Assembly (NCBI GenBank): GCA_012295275.1
Contig: CM022665.1
Coordinates: forward strand, 34,472,001-34,536,000
From: Chrysomallon squamiferum
Lineage: Eukaryota; Animalia; Mollusca
DNA length: 64,000 nucleotides
Reading direction: 5' to 3'
Shown here: positions 10,642-23,939 of the stretch, piece after piece
Layout of the letters: each line of letters opens with the position of its first letter
Position numbering within the stretch: position 1 is the stretch's first letter
Made by a program: the position numbers and the translations under genes
The notes under the pieces: model-generated
Seen by the model: the letters and a program-made list of their open reading frames with translations, nothing else
The model's database searches: none
What the model was told of the DNA's origin: nothing

Positions 10642-13056
10642 ATGAAGAAAACTGAAAAGTAGAATGCTTATTAATATTTTATTCTTACATTCATTTTCAC
10701 AAGGATTATTAAAAAGTAACTCCAATACTAAATAGGTATCTCAGCCACCATCGACGGATGTCAGTCACACTACTGAGATAGATCAAACTTTAGAAACCGA
10801 TGTTCATATTCGAAGCATTGCAATAATGATTAATAATGTGAAAAATATCTAAAATTTGGGGCATTTGGTTAACATTTTAACCTTTATCTGAAAAAAAACC
10901 CCAAAAAAACAGCAGCTCTGTCGTCCACAAAATTAATGACATTAATCCACAAAGGAGGAATTAACGCAACCAATGAGATGCTAATATTTTAAGAAGGATT
11001 AAATTATGACCATTCTTTGTCTGTTGCACGTGGAAGATTTTATAGTAAATAACTTCAAAGGAAATATAAAATGGAATAAAACCCTTATATTAATCGAATG
11101 TCCAGATGTCAAGCTTACTCAAATTCATTTTAATGTCTTTTCGTGTACAATTCAGAAAGTGAATGTTTTTGAAAACAGTAATGATAGTTTATGGGATGAT
11201 TATTATCATGTAGAACAAAATTTTGAAAACTTTCAGATCAAATTGTTGACTCAAGACTTCAATTACATTAAAAAGAAAAACATCTACAGCAGACTCAAAC
11301 GCTCAACTTCTGATCGAAAATCGCTGTCACATATAGTTGCAGATCATTTTTATTTTAAATACGTTGGTAATATGAACGTTGGCAGTACAGTTGAATTAAT
11401 GATGGAAAGTATTGCGGTGGCAGATAACATTTTTCATAGAACTGATTTCAATGATGTTGGATACGGCGATAATATTGTGTTTTTTGTTTCTAAGATTACA
11501 ATTTACAAATACCCATTTGTTCCAAATAACAGGTTAGACAAAGAAGGGTTGACTGTTTTTTGAATATTAACGCTATTTCTCACTACAAAATTTTATTGAC
11601 TATTGCCTTGGGCTTGGCTTTACTTACATAAACTTTCCTAAAAGAATTTTAGGTACAGCAAAGGTGGCTTCTGCTCATCCCTTTCATGAACGTGGATTAT
11701 GTAGTGATAAAAATATGTTGTCAGTGCTTCGATGGTGAAATGTTTCATGGTTGCACTGGTATTAGTACATGAATTTGGCTACAGTTTTGGCTCACTTCAC
11801 GAGAATGTGCGTGACAAAATATGTGCTCCAAATGATGATTTTGGCTATTATATTATGCATAAAAGTGCTGTCATAAGAAATAAACCAAATCATGACAAAT
11901 TTTCACCGTGCAGTATTCAATAAATTAATCCGTCATTATTAAGAAAGGTTCATGTTTAAAAATGGAAACAGGTCCTGTTTGTGGGAATGGTATTCGAGAA
12001 GACGGTGAAGATTGCAACTGTGGGACAATTGGAACATGTCGTTATATTGATCCATGTTGTACTGCTAGTGATACTTCCAACAGATGTGATCAACCTTGCA
12101 CTTTTGGCACTGGCAAAATATGTTCACCGAAGCCATCACCATGTTGTTCATATAAATGTTGGCCAGTAAGTTTAAATGAAAGAAAAGTTCGTAAACATCA
12201 AACTGATTGTGCTTTTGAATCTCACTGTAATGGATTCAATTCTTCATGTCTGGAACCAAGTTATTTTCCTGATGGAAAGTCTTGTAATGGTGGAAGAATG
12301 AGATGTTATGCAGGAAATGTACAAAAAGTATTTGTAAATGGTTAAATCTCAAAGACTGTCAGTGTATCAATAACCCAGGTTTATTATGTTACATTTGTTG
12401 TATTCCAAAAAATGCAAATCAATCTGCCTGTGCTCCTGCAGGTACTTTCAGTTTGCATCAGATGACTTAAAAAGTCTATGCATCATCATGGTTAGCCATG
12501 TAATGGAGATCAAGGTTTTTGTGATGAAAATCATGAGTGTATTATGGCACATATCAACAAGATTAACAAAAGAATATATTCATTTTTCAGTACTGACTTT
12601 TACAATTGTATTACAATGTGGTTCAATAAATATTTGTTACTAGTGTTTGCAGGACTTACTGTTATGCTAATATTCATTGCATTGTTTTTCATGATCCAAA
12701 AAACCCACAGTGACATGCACATAGATGCAATCTGAGTGACAAAGCAGATAATTGCACGCATTGATATAATACATCAAAAACATGTTTATTATAGAAAACT
12801 TATAGAATTTAAAAATGAAATCAATTACAAAATCATTCAAGTGGAAGTCTGAAAAAATATTGATTTGGCAGAAGCAGCCGCACATCTTACTATATTATTT
12901 CCAACAGCACCACTTTTGTTAGTAACAGAAATAATTAAATTTAGTTCAAATGAAGAAGCAGTTCAAATTATGATGGTTTGAGGCTACCCAATGTGGACAT
13001 TTAATGTATCACTTCCCGAAAATAATTCTTCTTTGTAAACATCGTTGGTACAAATA
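10642..13056 (+). pseudogene. ADAM10-like pseudogene, intronless copy B
   Basis: Colinear with copies A and C from the signal peptide (atgcttattaatattttattcttacattcattttcac) to the tail, but broken into ORF fragments 11006-11563, 11732-11923, 11962-12345 and 12544-12735 by stops and frameshifts. Zinc motif altered to HEFGYSFGSLHE. Confidence 0.9.
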
Positions 13057-14738
13057 ATCTGAAGAAATGTTAAACTGGTTAATTTAACCATAATATGAAA
13101 TAACTAATGTTAACTACCTTATCTTCGAGTTGAAACTCACTCATCACTTAAATTTTTTACCTTACTTGAATGATAATGATTACATTTAATTTCTCGTTTG
13201 TTTATCTGTAACATAAAATGATTAATTCCTGCATTCTTTCAATAACAAACAAAATAATTTTTGTGGGATATTTTTGCAGTGTAGGTTTAAACCTTTTCAA
13301 CAGACGTTTTACTGATTATTGTGCTATGATTTGTTGTTTTGCTATTGATATAAAACTGTCTAAAATAATTTTGGTTGTCACGTCAACAAGTTTCTTCCCA
13401 TCACAACATTGCCAAAAATATGATGTGAAACATGTGTTTTTCATATTCAAAATGAAAATGTTCATAATTATAGCATTAATTTTCAGAGAAAATGTTTTCT
13501 TGTTTCTCTCATATAAAATCTCTCAATACTTTAATTTAAAGTCTGTGTGTCTTCAATTAAAATAATATTTAAAATAATAAATGCTACAGAAATTTCAAGC
13601 TGTGAGGAAAACTATGATACAAAACAGGTAACTAATTCCAATTTCAGAAGGGGAAAAGGAAAAAAAAAATAAAAAAATAGTGGCATTCACATACATTAAA
13701 GGTAACAGTAGGAAAAAGAAAACCAAAAACATAGTTGACATGTAATTATTTGATGAAAATCTATAATTGTGTAACGTTTTATGTTCAGTAACACTAATAT
13801 AGATCTAATAAATGCATTTAATTTTTGAAGATAAGAATGGTCTGAAAGAATAACAGACAGATATTTTTTCTTTCTCAAGGGGATAGTTGTGTCTTTTATC
13901 TAAATTAAGATTTGATTCATTCTAAACCTGTGAATTTTTGCTTTCGTGGTTCACTTGATTATAAATAATCACACTTCTACAGAACTTCATGAAATGTTTA
14001 TAATTAGACACCAGATTGATAATTCTAACAGATTATTATTTATAATATAAGTTTTTTTTGTTTTGAAAAACATGAAGCATTAGTAAATATTTTAAAATCA
14101 TGTTTTCCTGTTTGTGGGAAGTTGCATGTTGAAGATCCTGAAAGATACCCGTGATGGTAATGGGTTTCCACTTGCATTATGATTATTACATAATAAACAT
14201 TAACAGTAATATGCATTAATTCTTTCCAAACAGTATACACAACATTAGAGCTCATACAAATGCTTTAAAAAACTTTGTTTAAATGATTTTGTTATCCATA
14301 ATACAATTTTTAGGATCAATAAATCTTCCTGTAGTTTCTGTACTATGTTTTTCATTACACAATGTTATACACATTATTTTGTTAAAAGCCTTCAATAAAA
14401 TGTATATAAAACTTATGCTAAAGAATCTACATTACATAATAAAGTTTACACAAGCTGCTCTTTAATGAACTGTGGATCTTTAATCAAGTTACATTATTCT
14501 GTGCATGGAAAATATCACATTGCTATTTATATTTAACTTGATGGTATGATTTATTTAAGTACCTTTAACCTTATAGTCCTAGACGTTTTTCCAATATTTC
14601 CAAATAATTAATTTCACTGAATGGATATTCTAAATTTCGTGTAAGTCTGTATTTATCTAAAAACTGTAAGCTATTATATGTTTGTTTTTGGAAAATAAAA
14701 CAAATGTTTAATCCAGATTCTTTGCTCAGCATTTTTCT

Positions 14739-17700
14739 TCAGGACTGTTTTTTAATTTTTGCTTTTCCCTTCTGTGGTTTACTGAGCAAAGATGGATCTA
14801 TCTCATCTGGTTTCAGATCTTTCACAGAAAACAGTTTCTTGGCTCTCTCTTGTAAAGTCCCTCCACACTTTAATCCACGTCTCACCAACTCTGCTTTAAG
14901 ATTATCAAGTCCAAGAGCATCAAGCTCTGAAACAGTTTCAATCATAGACAGATCCAAAGGCTCCATCTTCTGAAAAAAGAACAAGACGGAAAACTATATG
15001 TATCAAACTGCAAAATACATGTAGGTATAATTATTGAAATAAAAATCAATTCAATGGATTAAAGACTGGATACAATGGAACCGCAATCACTAGGTAACCA
15101 AAAAGTGGAAATAATTTTTATTAAATCTAAGTCAAAATATGCAATTAGTTATCCACATAAATACTTGACTAACACATTTTCATTAACTGAAAAAAATTTG
15201 AATTTGGAAAAATGTCTATCTGTATGGATTTAGAATGATAGGCTGGAAATCTCTAATATTAATAAATTACCCCTGCACCACCCTTAAAGAAAAAATGGAT
15301 ACTTATTGAAGTCAGTTGAACAAAAATCTGATACCTTTGCAAAAACCTGATACTATTCCCCCATATTTTATTATTATTTATATTGTTAACAGGGTTCAGG
15401 TTTGAAAAATATAACACTATTTAAATAAATAAAATGAATTTACATGGGTTCTTCAAGAATTATTTTCTTACAATGGAAATATAATTAATTCTTTATTGGA
15501 TTTTGTACCATTTCCTTTTTCTCGATGTTACTTCCAACCATTTCCTGACCTGCATATACATGATATGTTAAACTAGCTGTTAAAGTATTTGTGGAGGAAC
15601 TGTTTTCTGATGAGTTTCCACTTTCTTCTATTTGTATTTCTGTGACAGTATCTTTTTCAGAATTAACGCTGTCCATTTCATCTGTTTCAGCAAGACAGGG
15701 ATTATTTTCAGTAGTATCAGTGTTTTCTGTTATGGAACAAATTTCAGCAGAGCTAGTGCTCTCTAAACCTGAAGATGTTTCAGCAGCACACAAGTTTTTC
15801 CTAGTGGAACTTGTTTCAGTAATACCAGAGATTTCTCGATTAAGTGAAAGTGTTTTTGTTTCTTCAAAACTTCCAATTTCTGCCTCTGAGTGTTTGCCTT
15901 TTTCTTCACTACATTCACTTTTATCAGTACATTTCATTGCTGGTCTAGTACTGCCATTGCCTACAGAGCAACTTTCAGTTGATGGTTCACTTCTTTCTTC
16001 AGAAGAATCATCACTGTCTAATTCATCCAAATCCACACCAAGCCTGTAAATATGATTAAGAATCCAAGAACTCAGTTACTTATCTTACAAAATATTTGCA
16101 TTCATTATTCACATGTATTATTTTTCTTTATTAATCAATCAGCTATCACAAAAGCTGCCTGCATCACAGTAGTTGACCATGTTAAAATAAAATAATACAT
16201 AGATCTTTTGGACACATTTGAAATGAACTATAATCATTACTGAAATAAAAAAACCACAACTCCCCCAACAAATAATAAGTTGAAAAACTGATGAATAAAA
16301 ATGTCATTAAATAGCATCTATAACAAGGCAAATATAAGAAACACCATACAATATTATATAGCCGTAGCAGAAACTATGACAAGAAGTTAACATATTTAAA
16401 TTGTTTCGCCATTCAATATTAAACAAACTGTGTTACTGTGAAATAAAAAACAAAATGTTCCAAAATTCTAAAACATTAGAAATAATTAAAACAAAATACT
16501 AGTGCTTTAGTGATGAGTAATTAATATTAATGAAGTAGCGTAATTTCATTATTTGCAAATATATTAAAATTACTTTTGCTTTCTGTAGTACTTTATAACA
16601 TTTTTGATCTAAGGACTGGGACCAAAGATGGTGAAAAAGGAAATCTGTAGCTGCCCCTCTGTGGACTACACCTTTCTGGTTAGCAGCATGTTTTGTTGTG
16701 TGTTTTTTTTTGTTGTTTTTTTGCATTTTTATAGTAACTAAATCTGTTTTAACAAATTAATATTAAAATATATGACAAACCATTCTTTGGGTTTCTTTGT
16801 CTTGACAAGATCTCCAGGTCCAGCCTTTCTCTTTCTGTCAGATTTTTCGGATATTACCATTTCAGATGTCACAGTCGAAGTAGGGGTAGGTTTTGACTGC
16901 ACTCTGGCAAGACCTGTACATGACGTAAGTTAAAATATATCACTAAAAGTTATTATAAAACAACATTAAAATATGATAAATTTTAATTCAGGCTAATTTG
17001 TGACCAAATGAGCATTTTCTGCCATATTTTTGGGGTAATCCACCAGTTTAAACATTCAGCTAAGGCTTTCAGCTGTTAAGTGATCTAATTTAAAATGTTA
17101 CTTTGAAAACATATTACAAAAATATGTTTTATTACTGCCTTTTGAAAATACAGGAATGGTGATGTAATTAAATCTTCTTGTAGCCATTCTGAACATTATG
17201 CATGATTAAATCAAATAAGTTTAAGAGTTAATTTTTACTGACTTTAGTGAAATAAAATAAAATGTATGGATGAAACTTTTTCTTTTTTTTTAGATATAAT
17301 TATTTCTATATGATTTCAGAGGAGATAATTTTTTTAAATACTGCATTTAATGACTTGTACAGGACAGTGGTGTAGCTAGGAGAAGAACAAAGGAATGGCT
17401 GCTTCCCTTGAGAACATTTGTAAAAAGTGGCGGCTTTTCAACAATTTTTAGTTCAGTTGTACTTATCATTATCATTATCATCATCATCATCATCGTTACT
17501 ATTATTATTATTATCATCATCATCATAAGCCTTGCAAGAATTTTCTGGACTCATTACTTAATTTTCTATGGCTCCCACTTCCCAGCCTCTATTGAAAGAG
17601 AGTTGGCTTCCAGCGTGGATTATAATAAAGTAATTAATAGATGGTTTTGCTGGTTTGAAACACAGATGAAAAAGACTGCTGTACATGATTTTTCAAATGT

Positions 17701-20700
17701 TTTGTTTTATTTTACATTTAAAATTAAAATAATTAAATAACACATATTTAGATTATGTTTTGAGATTTATAAGTTTACTGTAAAACTGCACTGGTTTTAT
17801 ACATTTTATTTTAAACACAAAATAACAATTATGTTCTTCCTTTAAAACTGTATCTTCATTGTGTTTTGATTTTAAATACAAAATAAAAATGTAAAATTAA
17901 TTTAAAATTATTACTTGTTATGATGCCTTTTTTATGTGCTTGCTCCCCTTAAGTTTAGAACCTGGCTATGCCCATGATACAGGATAGTCTTATCTAGTAA
18001 TAGTAATGCCATACTTGCTGATATGGATCTACCATAATAATCTGTGCAAATAATTAGATTCCAGGACCAGTAACTTAAAATTTAATTATCAGTTGGATGT
18101 CAAATAAATTGGAAAGACTAACATTATTTCTAACTCATTTTGCTGTACCTTTCTGGAATGAATCATCCAGATTATGTAACACTTTGCTTCTTTGTTCATC
18201 ATATGTTGAATCATTAAAGTTGTGCTGCACTGGTGCATTTCTCTTTGCAAGTCGTTCCTTTCTCTTCTCTCCTCTTTCACGTTCTCTGTCTGCTTGTTTA
18301 GCAATCCATTCTTTAAGTCTAGTGAAATAAAACAAGAAATTAGTATCATTTAAATCCTTTTATTCAAAGCAATATAAGGTATTCCATATATAAATAATAG
18401 TTAATAATATTACGAACTTCATGTTCTATAAGGAAAAAAACAAAAAAAGAACAGTAACAACAAAACATTCCTGACTTGGACAAATCTACATCATAAATAG
18501 TTGTTTTATATATATATATATATACGCACACACAAACACACACACTACAGACATATACATACTTTTTTTCATTGTTAACATCTCTCATCCGTCTTCCACT
18601 GAGATCACGACATGCTTCCCTGCTGGTTGTTTTCTCAATTTGTGCTCCAATTGCTCGCAGCATTGACCCAAACCCTATATCAGTAAATAATAACAATAAT
18701 TTCATATTTGTGAATTTTAAAATTTTGTGATCAGACATGATATTCTCTGCATTCTGCTTAATAAATGTAAAGAAATTATAAATAATTCACTTTTACAGCA
18801 AAATAAACTTACTGACCATAACCATTTTTGATTTGTTTTTTTAATGTGTTAACAGTTTCCTTGAAGCTAAAGTTTGGGAAATTGTTAAATGAAACATACT
18901 AGACCTACAACATATTGTAATGACTGAGAGATTGTTCAATGAAACTATCACAGCTACAATTGATGACAGTGACTTACAAATGGTGCTACAGTTGCTAACC
19001 ATAAAGGTCATGGCTACTCTGTGAAAAAACTTTATCATTACTGTAAATACTTCACAATCATAAAAATGATATATGGAATGTTCACTTAATGCTGCATTCC
19101 TTGAAACTTACCTCCTTTGCCTCCAAGAACTTTCGGGATGACATGATATGCATGTCCATGTTCTAAAACACTATCTATAGACACTAATTTTCCATTGCAG
19201 ATCACAAAGACATCTTCTGCAAAACTACCCTTAAAAATAAAAAACAAATAATAAATTTTAAATATTAAAATATGAATTTAAATAACTTGACTCATAAAAA
19301 CTGCAATTATACAGAGACATTATTTTTATATTGGAAAATACTAGCCTTATAAAGTTATAGTGAAAAATAAAATATAATTTAATTCCCCCCAACCACAGTT
19401 TAATCTAATCAGTGAATCAGCAAGTTACTTCTTCTTGTGTTATGTAGTTGTAAAAACAAGTTTTTAATTTTTTTTAAATAAATGAATAATATAACTAAAT
19501 TGATTGCAAGTAGGTATATTCCTAAATTATAAATTTAAAAAATAAAATAAATTATACTACAAATCCCTGATTTCACCATTATTCACTGTTTCTAGGAAAC
19601 ATTCTAAAGATAGAATTTTAATAATACTTTGTTACTACTAGGCCAACTTTTAAAACAGCTATCTTATAACACTGTTTCATCTATAAATTTCAGTTCGGTT
19701 TTGCCTTGATGCATCTTGCATTTCCTGTCTTATTCATGTTATTGTTACATGACACTGGATTGTTCACTTCAAAACTAGTAGCAACACTGGTAAACACCGG
19801 TATTCATGTTTTGATATTTTAAAAAATATTGATAAATGACACAAGCATACTAGTTGAAAATACTGAAGAGAATGCTGTTCGATTATATTTCTGTTGAGAA
19901 TATGGCCAACTTGCAAGACTATTCTTAAAACTGACTTAGGTTTGTAACATCTGTAATGAATGAGATTTTTACATTATTTCAATTCTTGGCTAATTTATGC
20001 ACTTAGAGAGGAATTATATTTTCCTGGATAATCCATTATGATATCTCAATAGTACACCACTATTTTCTGTCCCCTGAAGCTTTATGAAGACAGACTTTCA
20101 CATCTGAATTGTTCTTAAATATCTAGATTTCACACACACACACAAATAAAAAAATTATATTGATTTACTATGTCCAACTAAACAGCATCTTATGCATATG
20201 GACCAGGGATATGTGTATGTATACATAAATACAAAATATCCTTCAAATAAAAAAAATCATTTTAACGAAAAATTTCAATCCCTTTTTAATGCTGAACATC
20301 TGAAAGAGATATAATTTATATTATATAACATTAACTCTTTCCCGTCACATTCTTGATTGTAGTAGAGACTCGGCGGGTCTCTTGTAAACATAGTTGTTAA
20401 CATTCACACTGATTATGAAAATACTAGAATAACAGAGAAACAACTGAACATGCTCAATATATTTCCAACTGGTGATACTAATTAAGTTATTACTTAAATA
20501 ACAAAACAAAAATGAAAATATTGAATTTATTTACAAACGATATTAATATTATTATGAAACACAATTTGCTCAGTTATAAAATTTGAAACATGGTTCTATC
20601 ATCTATGACTTAGTTATTATTATTATTATTATTATTATATAAATTTGAATGCAGAAGGGTTAATACAAAAAAGGAAACATAAAAAATTGTCTAATAAAAT

Positions 20701-20914
20701 TATAAATGATGGGACGCAAATGTTACGTCACTGCATAGCGTCATCAACTTATTCTAATTTACCTGATCATCGAATGCCGGAATGGTTACTACTTTTATTA
20801 AACTGAATGACTTACCAGATAAGTTGAAAAGATATCACGTAAACTGCAATTCATTTCATCAAAACAAAATGTTTTCGAACTTGACTTAACGTGAAATAAA
20901 ACTAAAATACTCAT
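14739..20914 (-). CDS. SDE2: Replication stress response regulator / splicing factor SDE2, 7 coding exons
   Basis: GT-AG, phase-consistent exons: 20914-20816, 19229-19112, 18674-18563, 18318-18149, 16913-16781, 16043-15509, 14969-14739. N-terminal UBL ending VLGG|[39 protein letters not shown], then LKEW, WLG and an acidic region; C-terminal SAP-like [35 protein letters not shown]. Confidence 0.93.
17365..17976. mobile_element. hAT-type MITE in an SDE2 intron
   Basis: Ends cagtggtgtagctagg / cctggctatgcccatg; near-perfect 8-bp TSD gtacagga / atacagga. Confidence 0.6.
20335..20659. mobile_element. Possible piggyBac-like MITE relic in SDE2 intron 1
   Basis: TTAA|CTCTTTCCC ... GCAGAAGGG|TTAA; TIR match is weak. 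Confidence 0.3.
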
Positions 20915-20941
20915 TTTGCTCGTAAGATGTTCAGGAAAAAA

Positions 20942-21060
20942 CTCAAGTACTATGTCAAGAATCGGGATGCTTTCTTTTGTGTTTTTTACCTCCCCCCCCC
21001 GCTTTTTTTTCTTTCGGAAACGGAAATCATAACCGGAAATTCGTACAACCTATGACTTAG
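20942..21060. promoter_or_regulatory. Putative SDE2 promoter with clustered ETS-like CGGAA motifs, probably once bidirectional
   Basis: cggaaacggaaatcataaccggaaatt at 21015-21041, ~100 bp upstream of the SDE2 ATG; homologous to the ADAM upstream blocks. Confidence 0.55.
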
Positions 21061-22030
21061 GATTTTGCTAAAATGAAGCCAGCGAACATTTCCAGCGAAC
21101 ATTTCCAGCGAAAGTGAGAACAGTTAAGTCAAAGCGTTATCGGTTGGTTAATGCAAACAAATTATCATAGGAGATAACTCTATAACCAAGTATTTGCTAT
21201 TGTTTTTCTTTTTCAGTTCCAGCATTAATATGTAATAACCAGGAGGCGTATCTACCCCGAATAAAAAATAATTAGTGAAAGTTTTTTTTTTTTTTTTTTT
21301 TTATAAATAACAGTAATTTTGGAACGACTGAAAACTTTGGTGTGCAAAGTCATTTATTTGTTTTCGACACATGTTTTGTGATGCAAAAAGATACTGACTG
21401 CAGAACTAAGGTTGTTTTTTTGCTGAACTTTATTTACTGTCAATCAATTATTTATTATTATTATGTTTTATCTTTCCATTTTTTAAAAATTTATTGAATA
21501 ACTATGACTCAGTTAGGGGGCATTCTTATTTAATAAAGGATTTAGAGATTTCATTTTTGGTATATATATATATATATATAAAGACTCCAAGTTAAGAGTA
21601 AGTGGAATACTGGACAAAATGCAGATAGTCATTTCAAGAATTTTAGTTTCAGTGAAGGTAAAAATGTCAAAAAACGTTCTGTTTGGAAATCTGTTGAAGT
21701 TTATTAGATTTCCACTAGAGTTTGTGCATGAAATAGTTGAAATAAATAAATAAATTAGAATTTGTCATGCATTTTGTGCAAATCATAGTTATGTCTTAGA
21801 TTTAACTTAATTCTACATTTTTTTTTTTTTTAAAAGACCCCCTTTGTGGTCTTTCCTAGAAAATAAAAGCTGAGATCATATCTTGGTCAGGATCAGTTTT
21901 GCACCATACAGGAGCATGTGGGGAACTATCAGCAGGACAGTTATATGGATCCAGTTGACTTACGTAACTATAAGTTTTTACGTCTCTGTTTAAGTAACTG
22001 AAAGGTAGTTTAAGTAACTGAAGATATAAA

Positions 22031-22716
22031 TATTGTACTGAAGTGTTACAGCCATTAGCTGGAGGATAGCTGGTCATCTTATATCAGACCGATCAAAGTA
22101 AACTGTAGGTTATTATCTTTAAAACAGTGGGTGAGAAAAGGAGGGAATCTGAGTTCAACATAGATACTACAGCAGTAGTAGTAACATGTGACCTGTAATT
22201 AACACAGTTGTCATGTAACTAAATTAGAACTCTGCAACGGGCATAACTCTTTCTCCAAAATAGCACTACCTATGCACACAGATCTCTCTGAAGTGGGTAG
22301 ATAACAGGGATCCGGTCATATATGTATTTATATTTAGTCAATCTTAAATCACCAGAAACACAAGTTTAGATTTACAAAGCTTACACAGCCAATTACAAAC
22401 AGTGTTATGCCACAAAATTACTCTCACCACATAAATGAACATATGGGGGATATTAAATATATTTATTCCTCAAAGTAAAATAGCACACCTCAATATGTAT
22501 TTGAAGATGTAAAGTAAATCAAAATAATGTACTGCTTAGCGGGACGCTTACGTGATAATCAGTTAATACTACTGCTGTGGTATCTATGTTGAACTCAGAT
22601 TCCCTCCTTATCTCACCCACTGTTTTAAAGATAATAACCTACAGTTTACTTTGATCGGTCTGATTTCAGATTACCAGCTATCCTCCAGCTAATGGTTATA
22701 ACACTTCAGTACAATA
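22031..22716. mobile_element. Foldback MITE with ~155-bp terminal inverted repeats
   Basis: 22031-22185 is the near-exact reverse complement of 22562-22716; TA at both outer ends is a possible TSD. Confidence 0.85.
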
Positions 22717-23939
22717 TGACAAGCATCTATCAAATCTTAGCAAGTTTGCTCTTAAGATTTTATTCAGTGTGATAATTAATAACCAACAATTGATGTCTGG
22801 CCTCTACTAATGTTGTTAAATAATATCACAAATTTGCAATAAAAGTAAATAAATACCAGTTCTATAATAAAAACAACTGAAGAAAAAAAGAGAAAGCAAT
22901 AGGACCCATTTTGTAATAAAATTTGACATCCATTTAGTGATATGTAGTAATATATTAAGGTATGTAAAAGAACATGGTATTTGACGCATTGGAGTGGAAT
23001 TTAGATCATCTGATAAACCTGGTTTCTATGATCAAATGTCAGTGGACCTGATTACTGATGTAACACAACAAAGTAAAGGTCTCTCATACACAAATACCTC
23101 AGAACTGGATACCCAGTAATTTAGAAGTTATGTCATGTCACTAAACTGTGCTACCAGACTAAACACTTTTCACCCTGAATCACTGCACTTTGTACCTCAT
23201 GCATTGGCTTCTCATGGATAAAATATTCTTCACTGCTATTGTCCTTCATTTTAACAGGTCAGCGGGCGTGTCCGTCGCAGAAGAGAGTTTTGGGTAGGGA
23301 AAAGAATGGGTTCTCGCCATGATTGCAGGACACAAGGGAGTGTCCAGCATATCGGATCGTGACGAGTCGGTACCGATGTTTCGCAGCCGCAATTCGCCCC
23401 CTGTGGTCTCCGGCACAATCTCTCAGCCATCACCGGGTCCGTGTTGTTTGCCGTCCTGGTTGTTCTGCTCTTGGCTGCTGTTGTTGTTTCTTTTTGGCTG
23501 CTTCCTTCTGGTCCACGTAGTCCAAACCTGTTATTTGTTTTTATGTTTTTTTTTTTTTTTTTGCCAATGGTCTTTTTATTGTTTTAAAAGATACTATAAA
23601 CACCTGCAACTAAAACAAATAAGAACATAAATGTAGTTAACTTATTTACATTTTATTTTATTTTAATTTAAAAGATGTTATAAATCCTGCAGCTAGGACT
23701 AAGAATGGGGAAAAAAAAAAAAAAAAAAAACATAACCGGGTTAATATTGTCTGAAAGTGGGTACGTATAGTACGTTTATCCTTGTTTTTAATTATTAATT
23801 TAACTGACCATTCAAACTGATTCGTCAATCAGCCGATCCATCCGTAGATCCATCAGCTGTTCAACCAATCAATCCGCAAGTCAATAGATTTATATAATTG
23901 TTGTTTGTTTTCGTGTCAAAAAAAAAAAAAAAAAAAAGT

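Noticed and set aside
15591-16049. 152-aa Ser-rich + strand ORF, and 14704-14973
   Set aside because: Antisense shadows of SDE2 exons
21079-21112. Short ccagcgaacattt tandem repeats as a CRISPR-like array
   Set aside because: No spacers and a eukaryotic context; better explained as transposon subterminal repeats
23355-23410. Hammerhead-ribozyme-like (tgacgagtcggtaccga / cgaaac) or CTCF-like (accacagggggcg) motif
   Set aside because: CUGANGA and GAAA are not on the same strand in the correct order, and the CTCF 5' half mismatches
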